Shown: in pieces, positions 11,238-23,049 of the stretch
How the letters are laid out: every line of letters starts with the position of its first letter
How positions within the stretch are numbered: position 1 is the first letter of the stretch
NCBI GenBank assembly: GCA_009103225.1
Contig: RHPI01001020.1
Coordinates: 43,504 to 107,503 of the forward strand
From: Chlorokybus atmophyticus
Lineage: Eukaryota > Plantae > Mesostigma and Chlorokybus algae
DNA: 64,000 nucleotides
Direction: 5' to 3'
The notes under the pieces: generated by a model
Told to the model about the DNA's origin: nothing
Seen by the model: only the letters and a program-made list of their open reading frames with translations
Database searches by the model: none
Made by a program: the position numbers and the translations under genes

Positions 11238-13195
11238 TCACGGCAATGGTTGTGCGTTGCTCCTTGTCATGGACGCCGCCCGCGTCACCGCCGGGGCTCG
11301 AGGCGCTTCTGTGGACACAGGAGGAGGAGGAGGAAGAGGAGGAGGAGGAGGAGCTGCCACGTGGCCAGCCTCGGTATGTTCGAGTTGGCGGAGGAGCTCG
11401 TCGGGGTCGATCATCAACGGGTCCACGGCGTTGGGCTCCGCGTTGGTGTACGCGTGCTCGAAGCTCTGGGCGCCGGGAACGTGTCGGGTAGCACGCCAAG
11501 AATGCCAGCGCTGGATGAAATCGTCTTCGTCCTGCCCACGCATGTTAGGTTCACACACAACATCAACATCACTACTACAAGACACCCACTTTGGGGCACT
11601 GTTGGTGTTGGTGCCTGCAAATAGGTTGTACCTGCAAGACGGCCACAACGGCACTCCTCAAAGCCAGTCCCAATGTTGCTGTGTCCGCATGCACATCTCC
11701 CATCTGTCGCAGCAACTGTCGCAACCGCGTGAGGTTCGCCTCCTGCTGCTGCCTGTGATGGTCCATGAACTGAAACAACAACAAGGGCAAGACGTCAGTG
11801 ACGTGGTCATAGTGGTATCAAAGCGACACAAAAGAAACACACCTGCTGGCCCTTCTGCATCTCTTGTACACGCAGCTGGAGCTGCTTGACCTGCTGAGTG
11901 ACTATGCGCAGAGCTTCGTCCCGCTGCTTGGCACGTTCACGGTGTCTGTGCAATACACAACCAGATCACCATGCTGGCCCAGCACAAGAATGAACTGACT
12001 AACATGACACCAGCTGCAGCACAGTAGTGCACACCTTCGCGACGCCTCTCTGTTCTGCTCCCTTCGCCGGAGTGCATCCCGCTTTCTACCTGCTTTGGAC
12101 TCTTGAAATCTCCCACTGGTTCCTGGCTTCCCCTTGTCCTGCTTGCATCACTCGCTTGCATCAGGACGACACTCACTGATACACATTGTTCTCAACCTAT
12201 CATGTAAGCTATGTACCTGTGTTGCTGGCTGATCGCTCGGTACGTCGCATCGAGGACGCTTGGGGACCGGCTCGGCTTCGGACGACGGCTCGTCCACATC
12301 CGAAAACTCTTGCGACTGCGTGTGCCTGGGGACAGAGAGACTGATTCCGATGCCGCTCAGCACGCGCTGCGGCTCGGGTCTATCAACCACGTGAGATGGG
12401 CCCTAGAAACATACAAGGCTTAACAAGGTTGGATGTAATGTGGCATGTCTTGCACTTGAGTTGTGACTTACCTCATTGTCACGGGTTCCGGTATTTGTGC
12501 TGTTCCATGGCTGGTCTGCTGTTTGCAACTGCAGGCCAGGCTGCTGCTGCTGCCACCCGGTTGCTTCTGATGATGGAGCTTGGAAGCCAAGTTGGTCTTG
12601 AAGGTGTGCTGTGTTGGTGGGCAGCTCCTCACCAACCTGCTAAACAATAAACCAACCTGGTTTAAGGCATGTGATTGTCGGAGGATGAAGCCATGAGGCC
12701 ATGCACAATGTGGTCCAAAATGAATAAAAGGCAACTCTGGTCAGCTCCATCGTACCGTTGGATTTGGAGGTGAGATGCAGATTGTCCCGGGTGTTGCATC
12801 CCAGATGGGAGTTGCCATCCCGATCGCTGACCAGAGCCCAAACCCAGGCAGTCCAGGAGAGTGGCCATAGTTGAATGTAGGGGGATTGGCTGTCATCGCC
12901 AAGGCGTCTTGAGAGAGAACATCTTGGGACTGGGGGGGTAGCATGTCATTTATCCCTGTCAACAATGACAAGATTAATCGTCAATGGTGTACAGCCATGG
13001 TCGTTCAGCATGCAAAATAAATAAAAAAAAAAGGTGACTGCAACACACACCTGTGAAGCTGCGGTCGAATACCATGTGCTCTGCGGCTGAAGCAGGGGTC
13101 TCACGCGGTGATGTTGGTTGCTCGCGGGTGGAGGTGGAGAAGGACCCTCTAGGATTGGTATTGCCCCTGCCTGTGGCTTCCGCCCTCGCGAAGGG
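11238..13195 (-). CDS. Spliced hypothetical protein (acidic/Pro-rich, short coiled coil); host or TE origin unclear
   Basis: Protein-like minus-strand segments bounded by GT/AG: MNPFARAEATG.., SDVDEPSSEAEPVPKRPR, QQQEANLTRLRQLLRQMG, QDEDDFIQRWHSWR..PPPPP. No known domain recognised; exon limits approximate. Confidence 0.45.
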
Positions 13196-14039
13196 GTTCA
13201 TTGCAAGGCAGGCGTATTCAAATTGCATGTCACAACACCGAGTCTGGCGGCCTGGTGGGTGGCGACTCCCCCCTTCAGGTGAAGGTGGAAAGGATTCACC
13301 TGTTAAGCTTTATATGTAGTGACCTGGCAACGATAAGCAAAGGTTAGTGAGAGCAAAAGCGAAGTTGTGATGAATCGCAATGGCTGTGCGGACTGCCTGA
13401 TTACTCAGGTACTGTATTGGCCGCCATAGCAGAAGGGATTGGTGTAACAACCAGCATGCAACTACTACAGCTGTGCCTTCCAACTGGGACACAGCTCTGT
13501 AAATAGACGACAAGACTGTGCATGAAGATGAGTACAATCCCCCTGACGTCACACGTACGTTGCATGCAAGTCAATATTATGCAGCTACGGCTGGGTGAAA
13601 CACTGCAATGTATTCCATGAAAAGGGGCTGACATGCTGCATACATGCTATCTGGTGAAGTGTATGTCATACAGCGCAAATGTAAGGTGATCAACGAGTAA
13701 GGTGTCAAGCACAAACCACGCTGGCAGTCACAGCTTAACAACCACAGGCGGCAGCAGCTTGGACGACTGCATGCAGCAAGGATTGCAACCCCCGCACCTT
13801 GCTGTGTGACAATAAAGCGGAAGTAATCACCAGTCCAGTGAACTCAACCCTCACCCCCACTCCCACCCCCGCCGCCGCCGCCCCTTACGCCGCCGCCGCC
13901 GCCCCACTCCACCACCAATGCAGCATTGCCAATACTGTGCCTCTCCCTGAAACAACTCTGGCTTTTTTAACTATTCGTACGCGCACCGCGACAAATTACG
14001 AAAAAAGCTCCACCGGTATCTGCGCTCCACGTGTCCCAT

Positions 14040-14400
14040 TCGAAGGGTGCGTAGACCCAGATGAGGCTGATGACCACGCGCTAAGGAGCGTTACGGGCCG
14101 AGTAAGGCCGTCTTACTAAGGCGTACCAACCGACAATCGGCCCCCTGTCACGGGAGGGCCGTCGGTTTGAATAATTCTTCATCCGATGGTTTTCTGCGAG
14201 CCGCTGTGCAATCGGCTGGCTACACGTGGCGGAGGTGGCCTTGCTCAGGCCAGTGCCGCCGCAACGCGTTAAACAGAGATTCTCCTGTTAACAATCCCAG
14301 TTGATCCCCGACAAGATTGTCAACTTGAGTCCTGTAGACCTGGTCTATGGACTAAGGCGACGATCTTGTCTGGTGGTGGGATTCAAGACCGCCAATCTCA
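14040..14400. ncRNA. Candidate structured RNA (dense stem-loops), family unknown
   Basis: At least five stems, including 14310-14321/14359-14370 (12 bp, one G-U on the plus strand), 14128-14134/14161-14167 and 14293-14298/14378-14383. No credible coding signal. Confidence 0.35.
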
Positions 14401-17400
14401 CTGTCAGCGAGTGTCAGCGAGATCAGATAGACAGGACACAGACGCCCCAGATTCTCACACGTTGTACCTGCCTATGTTGATCTTGATTAGTTTTTGTCGT
14501 CGAGTTCTTTGTTTGGGTTCTTGCTCCGGTGCAAGGCAGCAGCTGGCAGATGGGTGATTATGGAAAGGAGTGGACGCAGCTCCGGAGCTATTCAATAGCT
14601 TATAAGCGTTCCGGCATCGGAATTCCAATGGCATTTTCCCATGGCTGCTGGTGTGTTACTGCTATGTTATGGTGCTTAACTTGCATGAATGTACATGCAT
14701 GCTAATAGGTCTAATTCATGATGCTCTTCAACGCATTATGTATCATAGTACTATAAAGTCTCCAGTGCTAGCGCAATAATAACAATTTTTAGCGCAATAT
14801 CGAAGTATACATTGTTTGTAATTTGTGGAAACCTCTTCAGTATATGTATTGTATTTATTGAATTACATAAATTGAGGCATTCAAGTTTGTGTCGTGTCTT
14901 CACAGGGTTTTGTTGTGTCTAATTGTAACCTAGTATTATAGCATCTTGCTGTATTTTAAATGTTAATCGAGCCTCAGCTGCACCTGGGATGCATTTAGCG
15001 GTTTATCCTTTACATATACAACAACGAATGGGTAGGGGCACCGTAGTTATAAAACAGGCCTATACAATGGTTTATTTATCTGGCGAAAAACCCCGTCTAA
15101 GCATTTCTGTGCATGTTAATTAATAGTGTATAACTTCAGGTGTCGAAAAGTTAATGTTTACTTCATGAAGTGCATGCGCGGCAGTATTAATAAGGATTGC
15201 GTGGCACTGCGATACAACGCGATGCACATCTACCTCGGTATAGCTGCATGCAGCATACATCTACTGGTTATACCCAAGTTTTGAGCTTTTAAACTGTTTA
15301 TATAGCCGTTGTTTATGCATTATTAAGTCAACGTATAGCCACATGTTTGATGAATATAGCAATCAGCTGACATATATAACAACCTCAACTTTTACATTGT
15401 GTTAAATATTATTAATGATGTCGTACAATAGCACCCATGATGAAAATAATAACGCTGCAGCGGCACCATGCACAATTTGATTCTACACTAGCTTAAGAAA
15501 TAATCAATGATTATATCAGCTTATATGGTTTGTCATTGATGTTTACATATATGATATGTGGATACCAACATAACTATCAATCCAAGGCAAATCATCATTC
15601 TAAGTCATTATTCTTTTTGGAAACGGTGCATGAGATGTTTGAATTTGCTGTTATGGCGTTTATCCACAATTGTAAACATATGTGTCAGCATGCAACCTTT
15701 GCTTCTGGGGCTTTTAATTTGAACTCGCATGAACTTCATCGTGCGGAAGACATTCAAACAAGTTGTTCGTGGTAATAAACAGTCTGTAGTGTATAATGGC
15801 CTGCAAGCTACATTGGGTTATGCTAATGCAAATAATATTGAGTATTAAATATTGTTTATGGTAATACACATTCATGCAAGTGAGGAGAGTTTGAGCCAAG
15901 ATTGACGGCACTGTATAATATGGCTCGCTAAGCATGATACCTCGTTTGCGTACAAGTTGACGGTCACCCTCAAGAAAGCCGGCAGTAAGCCTGCGAGCGC
16001 TATATCATTACCCTCGACTCTGAACTGGATAGTGCAAAAGTTTATCGCCATACGTGTACACGATGTTCGCAATATCATTCGCATCAGTATATGCTAACAA
16101 AGCTTGCATGCCATCATACATTGTTGAATCATCATTGAGCGGCTATCTTGCAAACAATGTCCCACAACCTTCTTGCTCCATGATCCTGCCATGTACGTTG
16201 GAAAGGGTGCCCTGGCCCACCACAAGCGGCACATACGGTGCATGTTGCACCTAAATTTACTTTCCAATCAATTTCCCATTACCCCTCAATGGCGCGATGG
16301 CAATACAACTTGAATACCATGAGTATTACATCCAGATCTGTGCGAGTCAAAACTTTCAATTGAGACAGACTCTTTGTATATATGCATACATATTTGACAT
16401 GTTAACCTTAAAAACGTCTTAACAATGAACGTTCTGCCATTGCACTTTAAACATGTAAGAGCATTATTGCATTCGGTTTAACGCCAAGCCAAGTTTATCG
16501 AATATGGCACCATGCATGTGGCACATGTTGCATAGCTTCACAACCTAGATGACCTTTTGTCATGAGTTCTCCAACTTGGCCTTCAGTTAACACCGTCCCG
16601 TTATTGTCATAATAGTGATAATTATTACAAAAGCATGCATACCATAGGGTATAAGTCAATTGGCATACATGCAGTCATGCTCTGCAATGCTTGATATGTT
16701 AGCAGCAAGCAACACATGCAATCCGCACAAATAGCCGACACCATACACAATTACACACACCCTGGGGGCTTTAGGTTACTCAATGTGACCAAGTGCTGCT
16801 ATGTGCGGTGCATTGGGTATTGAGCAGTGGGCGGCAATGGGGAGCATGCACAAGTTGGTTTGTGATTGATTGGCTATTTCCTTTTTTAGCTGTGCTTGAG
16901 CAAATAACTTTAGCATTTTAAGGCAGCTGTTTGGGTTAACATCTTAACACGCTTGCACTAAACGGAATGTAATGTGTTGGTACCATAAAGGTATTAGATT
17001 AACTGCATATCACGCTATTTCGGGTTGTAAATTCCAATAACTTACAAGCAAGTTACAAGTGCCATTGTGCCACGAATGTTCGTTATATCATAAATCATTA
17101 TGCAAGGGCACTTTACGAATAAAAAAAACCCCCGCTCGGAGGTTGCAACTATGCATTCCATTGCAAATGCATATGTATCCATAGTTTTGCGAGGTTTTTA
17201 CCAAAAACAACGTACATAATCTTTCGGCGCTCGCTGAACATTTTGGAGCACTATGGTATGCAATACATGACTTGGTTGGTAAGCATTTTGCATATAGTGT
17301 CGCACTTTAATTTGTACTGAAATAATTTGTTACCAATATCACATTGCTTGGCGGCGCACCCTGTGATCATTGTTTTTGCACTATTTTATATAAACCATAC

Positions 17401-18267
17401 ACAAATAACAGTAATGATAATCTTTGCGACGAGTAGTAACATGCAGCTGAGGCCTTGAGGAACTTGCGGCCGTATTTTATTAGTCTAAAGGCACAATTAT
17501 TTTTTCTTGTTTTATTGATAATGTCGTTGCATCAATAGCTGATAGTAGTACATGCGCACGCAATGACGTGTGCATGTACTATTATTTACCTTACATGAAT
17601 CAATTACGGATGTGCACATTGCATGAATGCAAGCATACAGCAGTGCAATATAAGTTGCGTATTAAAGGTAAGTTCGTATAAGCTCCTAATCATCACATGC
17701 ACAGTGCGTACTTTCCCTTGATATGTAAGTGGTAGCTGTTTATCCTACCAACATGTCATGCTATTGATATGGCATGCAATGACTTGACAATAATGGTTGC
17801 TGAAGTTATGTATGAACCTTTTGTGGTACTTCATTGCCAATGAATGCAATTCACACACGAAACATAAAATCCGACGCTATATTGTTACATTAATACAATG
17901 CAAACTTGCCAATGTGTGACAGTGTTCACTCAACTGCAAATTCAGAGGTAGACAGAACTTGTCACCACCATAGGAACAAGTTCTTCTTGCAGTAGCACAA
18001 AGACTGATTGGACTGCACATACCCAGGTAGGGCATACCTGCAATAATGTGTCCCACATGACCATGTTTCTGTTTGTTGTGGGCTGGCCATCCTACGTGGC
18101 AATTTCTCAATGGAAAAGCGTGCGAGCTGCTGATATCCATGCAAGAAACCACTGATTTACACCGGCCGTACAGGGCCAGACGCACTGATATCACCGCCTG
18201 CAGCTGACTACGCCCAGCTGAGCAGCACACTGCTGCTCGCGTGGCGCAGGCTGGCGGAGGCGGCGGC

Positions 18268-21200
18268 ATGGCGGGGGGGGCAAGCTACGTTGGTGTGAGA
18301 GAAATTTCTGTCGTGCTTGTGGTGTTGCTTTCCGTGGCTTCCACCTCCGCCGCCGATCCGCCCCTCACTATCGTCGCCCACAGAGGCGGCCTGCGGCTTC
18401 TGCCTGAGGAGAGCGTCACCGCCTACACCGTCGGCGCCAGGCATGACAACGCCCATGATGACGACAATGACAATCACAAGCAATCACATCCCTTTCCCCG
18501 TGTTGCAGGCTGGGGGCGCAGTACCTGGAGCCGGACGTGGTGCCGACCAAGGATGGCGTGCTGGTGTGCAGTCACGACAACGAGCTCAGCGCCACCACCG
18601 ACGTCGCCGTCAGGCCGGAATTCGCCGATCTCTTCACCACGAAAGAGATCTACAACACCAAGCGCTCAGGGTAATCGTCTGCGATTGTGCATTCACCCAT
18701 CAATTCAGTCAATCAGTGTGAGTTGATTTGTGTGGTTGTGATGGGTTTTCAGCTGGTTTGTGGAGGATATGAATCTGGTTGAGGTGAAGGCGCTGAAGCT
18801 GGTGACGAGGGAGCTGCCAGTCTATACGCCCAGTGGCCAGGGCGACCTCGGCGACGTCTTCTCCATACTCACACTCTCAGGTCTCACCCACTCACCCACT
18901 CATTCACCATTGCATTGATCAATTCGCTAACTTCCTCTCAATTACGCGTGAGTGAACGGGTGAGGCAAGTGGTCAGTTGTTCAACATGAAAAGTTCATTC
19001 ATCTCACAATGACTAAAAACCCAGTCCAAAGGCATCCGCCCAGTCATCTAGTCAAGTCAGGCGTGTGTGCTATCGAGTCAGGCGTGTGTGGAGAGCATTG
19101 GCTGTCTCGCACTTAGCAGAAACAGATTGAATTAATCATATGGGATGGCAAGGTGCCATGCCAGCTGGACTTGACAGACACAGTTGCAAGCACCGCATCA
19201 TGCATATTGCAGCTACATCACTTATGGCAGGTCCAACTTTGGTGTGACAATCAAGCAAGTTTAGTGTGTGTCTCTAAATCAAAATCAAAAGCAGACACTT
19301 GCCATAGACGCACATATGCCTCCACATATGTGCACGCAAGCACGCGTGCATATCTATGCACCTGCACCTGCATGCAAACGCACATGCACGTGCGCATGTG
19401 CGTGTGAGCGCATGCACGCATGCACACGCAGTGCTGCCTTTGTTGAAATCACAACTTGACTGCTTGTTGAGGGGTTGACCTTTTGTCCATATGTGCAGAG
19501 ATGCTGGCTTTGACGAAGAACTTGAGTGCGGAACTGGATCGGCCCATTGGCGTGTATCCGGAGACCAAGCTGCCGGGGTACTTCCACTCGCAACTCAATA
19601 TCTCCGTGGAAGACCTCCTGCTCGAGACCCTCAAGGTAAACAATGAACTGTACGGTAGCATTACAATTGTTCTATGAATGTGCAGGTGTTTGACGCGGCT
19701 ATGCGTATAGCTGTGTGGGGGTGTGATTCCGCTCGTGCATGCTTGTGTAAGTGCGTGTGCGTGTTGCAAGTAGTAGGTCAAGTGCTGGGTCGTGGGTACA
19801 TCCATGCAATGTGCGAATGTGTGTGGGTGCACGAATGCGCTCAGCACATGATAGGTTGACGAGTATCCTACGTTCATATGTATGTGTGCGCAGCTCTATG
19901 AGGTCGCAAGAATCTATGTCAGTGCAAACAGTGTCATCAGTCTTCAAGTTACTTTGCTGCGACATGCACGTTTATGCAGAAGAAAAACCAGTGAAGGCAT
20001 ATCCAACAAATACTTGCTACAAAGTGTATACCTATCAAGCAAAAGCTCAGCTTGTTCACAATCCTTGCCCAATCAATGCGTGTAACAGTGTCGTTGACCT
20101 TGACACTTGTTATTAGCATTGTGTGCCTTTGGATGTCACGCTCTAGTTGCTCGCATCTGACTACACAGTAATTTTGGAACCTTTACTGCATGTGTATTTG
20201 GGCAGACAGTAGACTCGCATTGCAACATGCACGTTGGATGACGCGTGCAGGACTCCGGCTTCCTGTCATACAACATAGAGACCTCAACATACGAGGCCGT
20301 AGAACAGTATCCCGTCATCTTCCAGTCCTTTGAAGACGAGAGTATCCATTACCTGCTGGACCAAGCCCCGACGGTCAGCATTGCGACACACACGCACAAG
20401 CAATGCACATGTGGTTGTGGTTGATTCACACAACTTGTACAGTTACACATCTAGAATTGCACTTGTAAATGAGTAGTTGGCCTGAGGTGGTAAAACTATA
20501 CGGCTGCAGGTGAGCAGAACCATGCTTGTGCCGGCTTCGAATGACACCTTCATGCGGCCGCTGCTTCAGCCCATCAACTTTACGGCTTCCGGTCTGGACT
20601 ACATATCCACCTTTGCAACCAACGTGGGCGTGTGGTATGTCAGCATCACATGCAGTATCATGTAACACCAGTGCTGCACATGACTGCGGCAGTCATCACC
20701 TGTCTGTTGACACCTGTAGTCAACTACCTTTCTTGTCTTGTTATTCAGGTATTCTGAGTGGTCGACATCAGAGTGGGGAGGTCAGCGTATGGTTGATAGG
20801 GCAAAAGGCAAGGCGCTGAGTGTGCACGTATACTCCCTTGACGCGGACGCATGGCAGGTATGTTAATTGGATTTCATTGCTGCTGTCGTTTTCAACATTG
20901 GGTACAAGCTGCGCATAGCTACTGATTGAGTGCACTGAATTCTAACAAGCCATACTGCTGCATTGCTCAGTATCGGGAAGTCCAGTGCGCGGGGATTGCG
21001 GGTGTATTCAGCAACAATGTGCAAGCGGCTATGATCGCGGTCCAGCAGGCAGCGCATTTCCCGTGCGACTCTCTCCCTACACGCACGCCCGCGACGGAGC
21101 AGATTGAGCAGCACGCCGCATCCACTTGCCGGCGGTATGTTGGTTTGCACCACTGTTTGCACTGGAACTGCGAGTGTTGTCCAAAGTGACTCATTGACAC

Positions 21201-21625
21201 GTACGCACGGCGTGTCCTCTTTATGCAGGTATCAGCTGCTGTCTGTTGGCCTCTCGGCTGTGGTATTGTTCTGCATACTGCTTTTAATCAGAAGACACGG
21301 CGAAGATGACCGCACGCTCTCATCTTCTGCGCGCATACGGGACACTGGGGGCCACTTTGCTCTCCACTTGCCCGAGTTCATGACAAAATGGTTGGGGCGT
21401 TGGTCGCCGGGTTATCAGGAGGTGTACAGTTCCAGCCCGCGCCAGGGCTTGACTCGCAGCGAGAACGGCACGCATAAAGATGAAGTGCAGGCTTTGCATA
21501 GCGATGAGGATCGGGACTTGACATCCATCGATCCGATAAGTAAACCCACCCTCAATGGCAGACGAGTGAAGGCGAATCAGCAGTCTGATGCGCAAACTCT
21601 GGAGATGTCCAGCATTGACTTGTAA
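18268..21625 (+). CDS. Glycerophosphodiester phosphodiesterase (GDPD) with signal peptide and C-terminal TM helix; about 9 exons
   Basis: Spliced: [64 protein letters not shown], then [18 protein letters not shown]. Confidence 0.92.
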
Positions 21626-23049
21626 ACTACTCTCTAGATATGCCTATATGTGTATACAGTGCAGCATGTTGCTAATACCTGTTGTTAGTTGTTCACAAAA
21701 TGTTAGTTCTGGTGCCCAACAACATATTCTGCTGCGCTCTGCTGTCTACAACTCTACGCTGTGTCTGCTCAAGTGCAATGGACCATGGATAACTTGCCGC
21801 CAACACATTCAACAGCCTCATGGCGTTCACTTTGCAAGTCTAGATGCTCCTTTTCAAACCTCAGGCATTGGTTTGCATACTCAATAAACAGTAATGTGTG
21901 GCCAACCCTGTCGGCTTGACATCAACATGCCGCATTGCCTTTGCTATTGCTACATTGCGGTGTGGTAAGTCCCATACGTACACTGTCATGCCGGTCCGTC
22001 ATGACTGCTCCACATCATTCATGAATACAGCCGACGCGCTGCCCTGGCTACTAGCTTATGTACTGTAGCTATGACGCGTATGTACCTGATAGTAGCACTA
22101 CTCCATAGTACACTACTCGTAGGTACCTCATAGTGGATGACCAGTTAGGAGTTAGTTCGGCTATATCAAGACTTGACGTATTGCTTTGTCCATGTCATGT
22201 TAGTAGCCATTAGCATTGTTCAAACTACTGCTGCACAGGTGTGCCCTAACTAGACAGCCTTGTATAAGTAGCAGTTCGCTTCACTGTATGACTTGGTAAA
22301 ACCGTGATCGAGAACTCTGAATAGAGATTGTGAGACGACTGAGCTGTGGACTCGCCGCCCCGGTTGCCACGAAACCCTCACCAGGTGAGAAAGTGTGCAC
22401 ATCGCCTTGCATTGCCTGTGAGATACTTGATGCCTTGCCGCAGTGTGTTGACATTTTCAGTCAGAGCATAGCATCTACAAGATTGCGTGTTCATTCACCT
22501 CACTTATCAATCTAGACATCCATCCGCTCATACAGATTCTGTGTGATACAGCACTACCTCTAGTAGTGGCTTGTTGACTCGCAGTTTCACCCCTTCACGA
22601 CAAGAGAGTGGTTTTACATTTCTTAATTCATACATTGCAACTTGCATTTTTATACACACCTCGAGGCATCAGCTGTCATTGTCACCATATAGTGGACCGC
22701 ATAGTCACTAAGGGGTGAGGTGAATAGCAGCGTCAACGTAGCAGTAAGAGCATACATACTCTAGGCTGCATTCACTATCATCTTCGGCATCATTTTTATA
22801 AGTAGGGGATTTCGTGGGGAAGAACACATCTACAAGGGACTCGCTAGCGACACCATTGACGAGGAAGGCTCGCGCGAATCCCACAGCTAAAACCCGATTT
22901 CCGACCGCACCTACAAGCGCAACAGCTTTGACGCAGAAGGAAACCACAGCGGCCGGCACAGATCGTGTTCACCCTTTGAAAGCAATCACAGACAGAGACG
23001 CTGTCATTCCAGATGTCCGAGTAGTGTCTTAACCTTGAGGCCCACTCGA

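Noticed and set aside
14055-14100. U3 snoRNA or hammerhead (gatga..ctgatgacc..gagcgtta resembles U3 box C'/B)
   Set aside because: No box A'/A, no terminal box D stem, and no GAAA after the CTGATGA.
14093-14117. H-type pseudoknot or HDV-like ribozyme
   Set aside because: The connecting loop would be 1 nt, which is sterically implausible, and the HDV P3/L3 consensus is absent. Treated as alternative pairings.
21900-23000. 5' LTR and PBS of the DNMT-Ty3 element
   Set aside because: No matching second copy after 31270 and no recognisable PBS.
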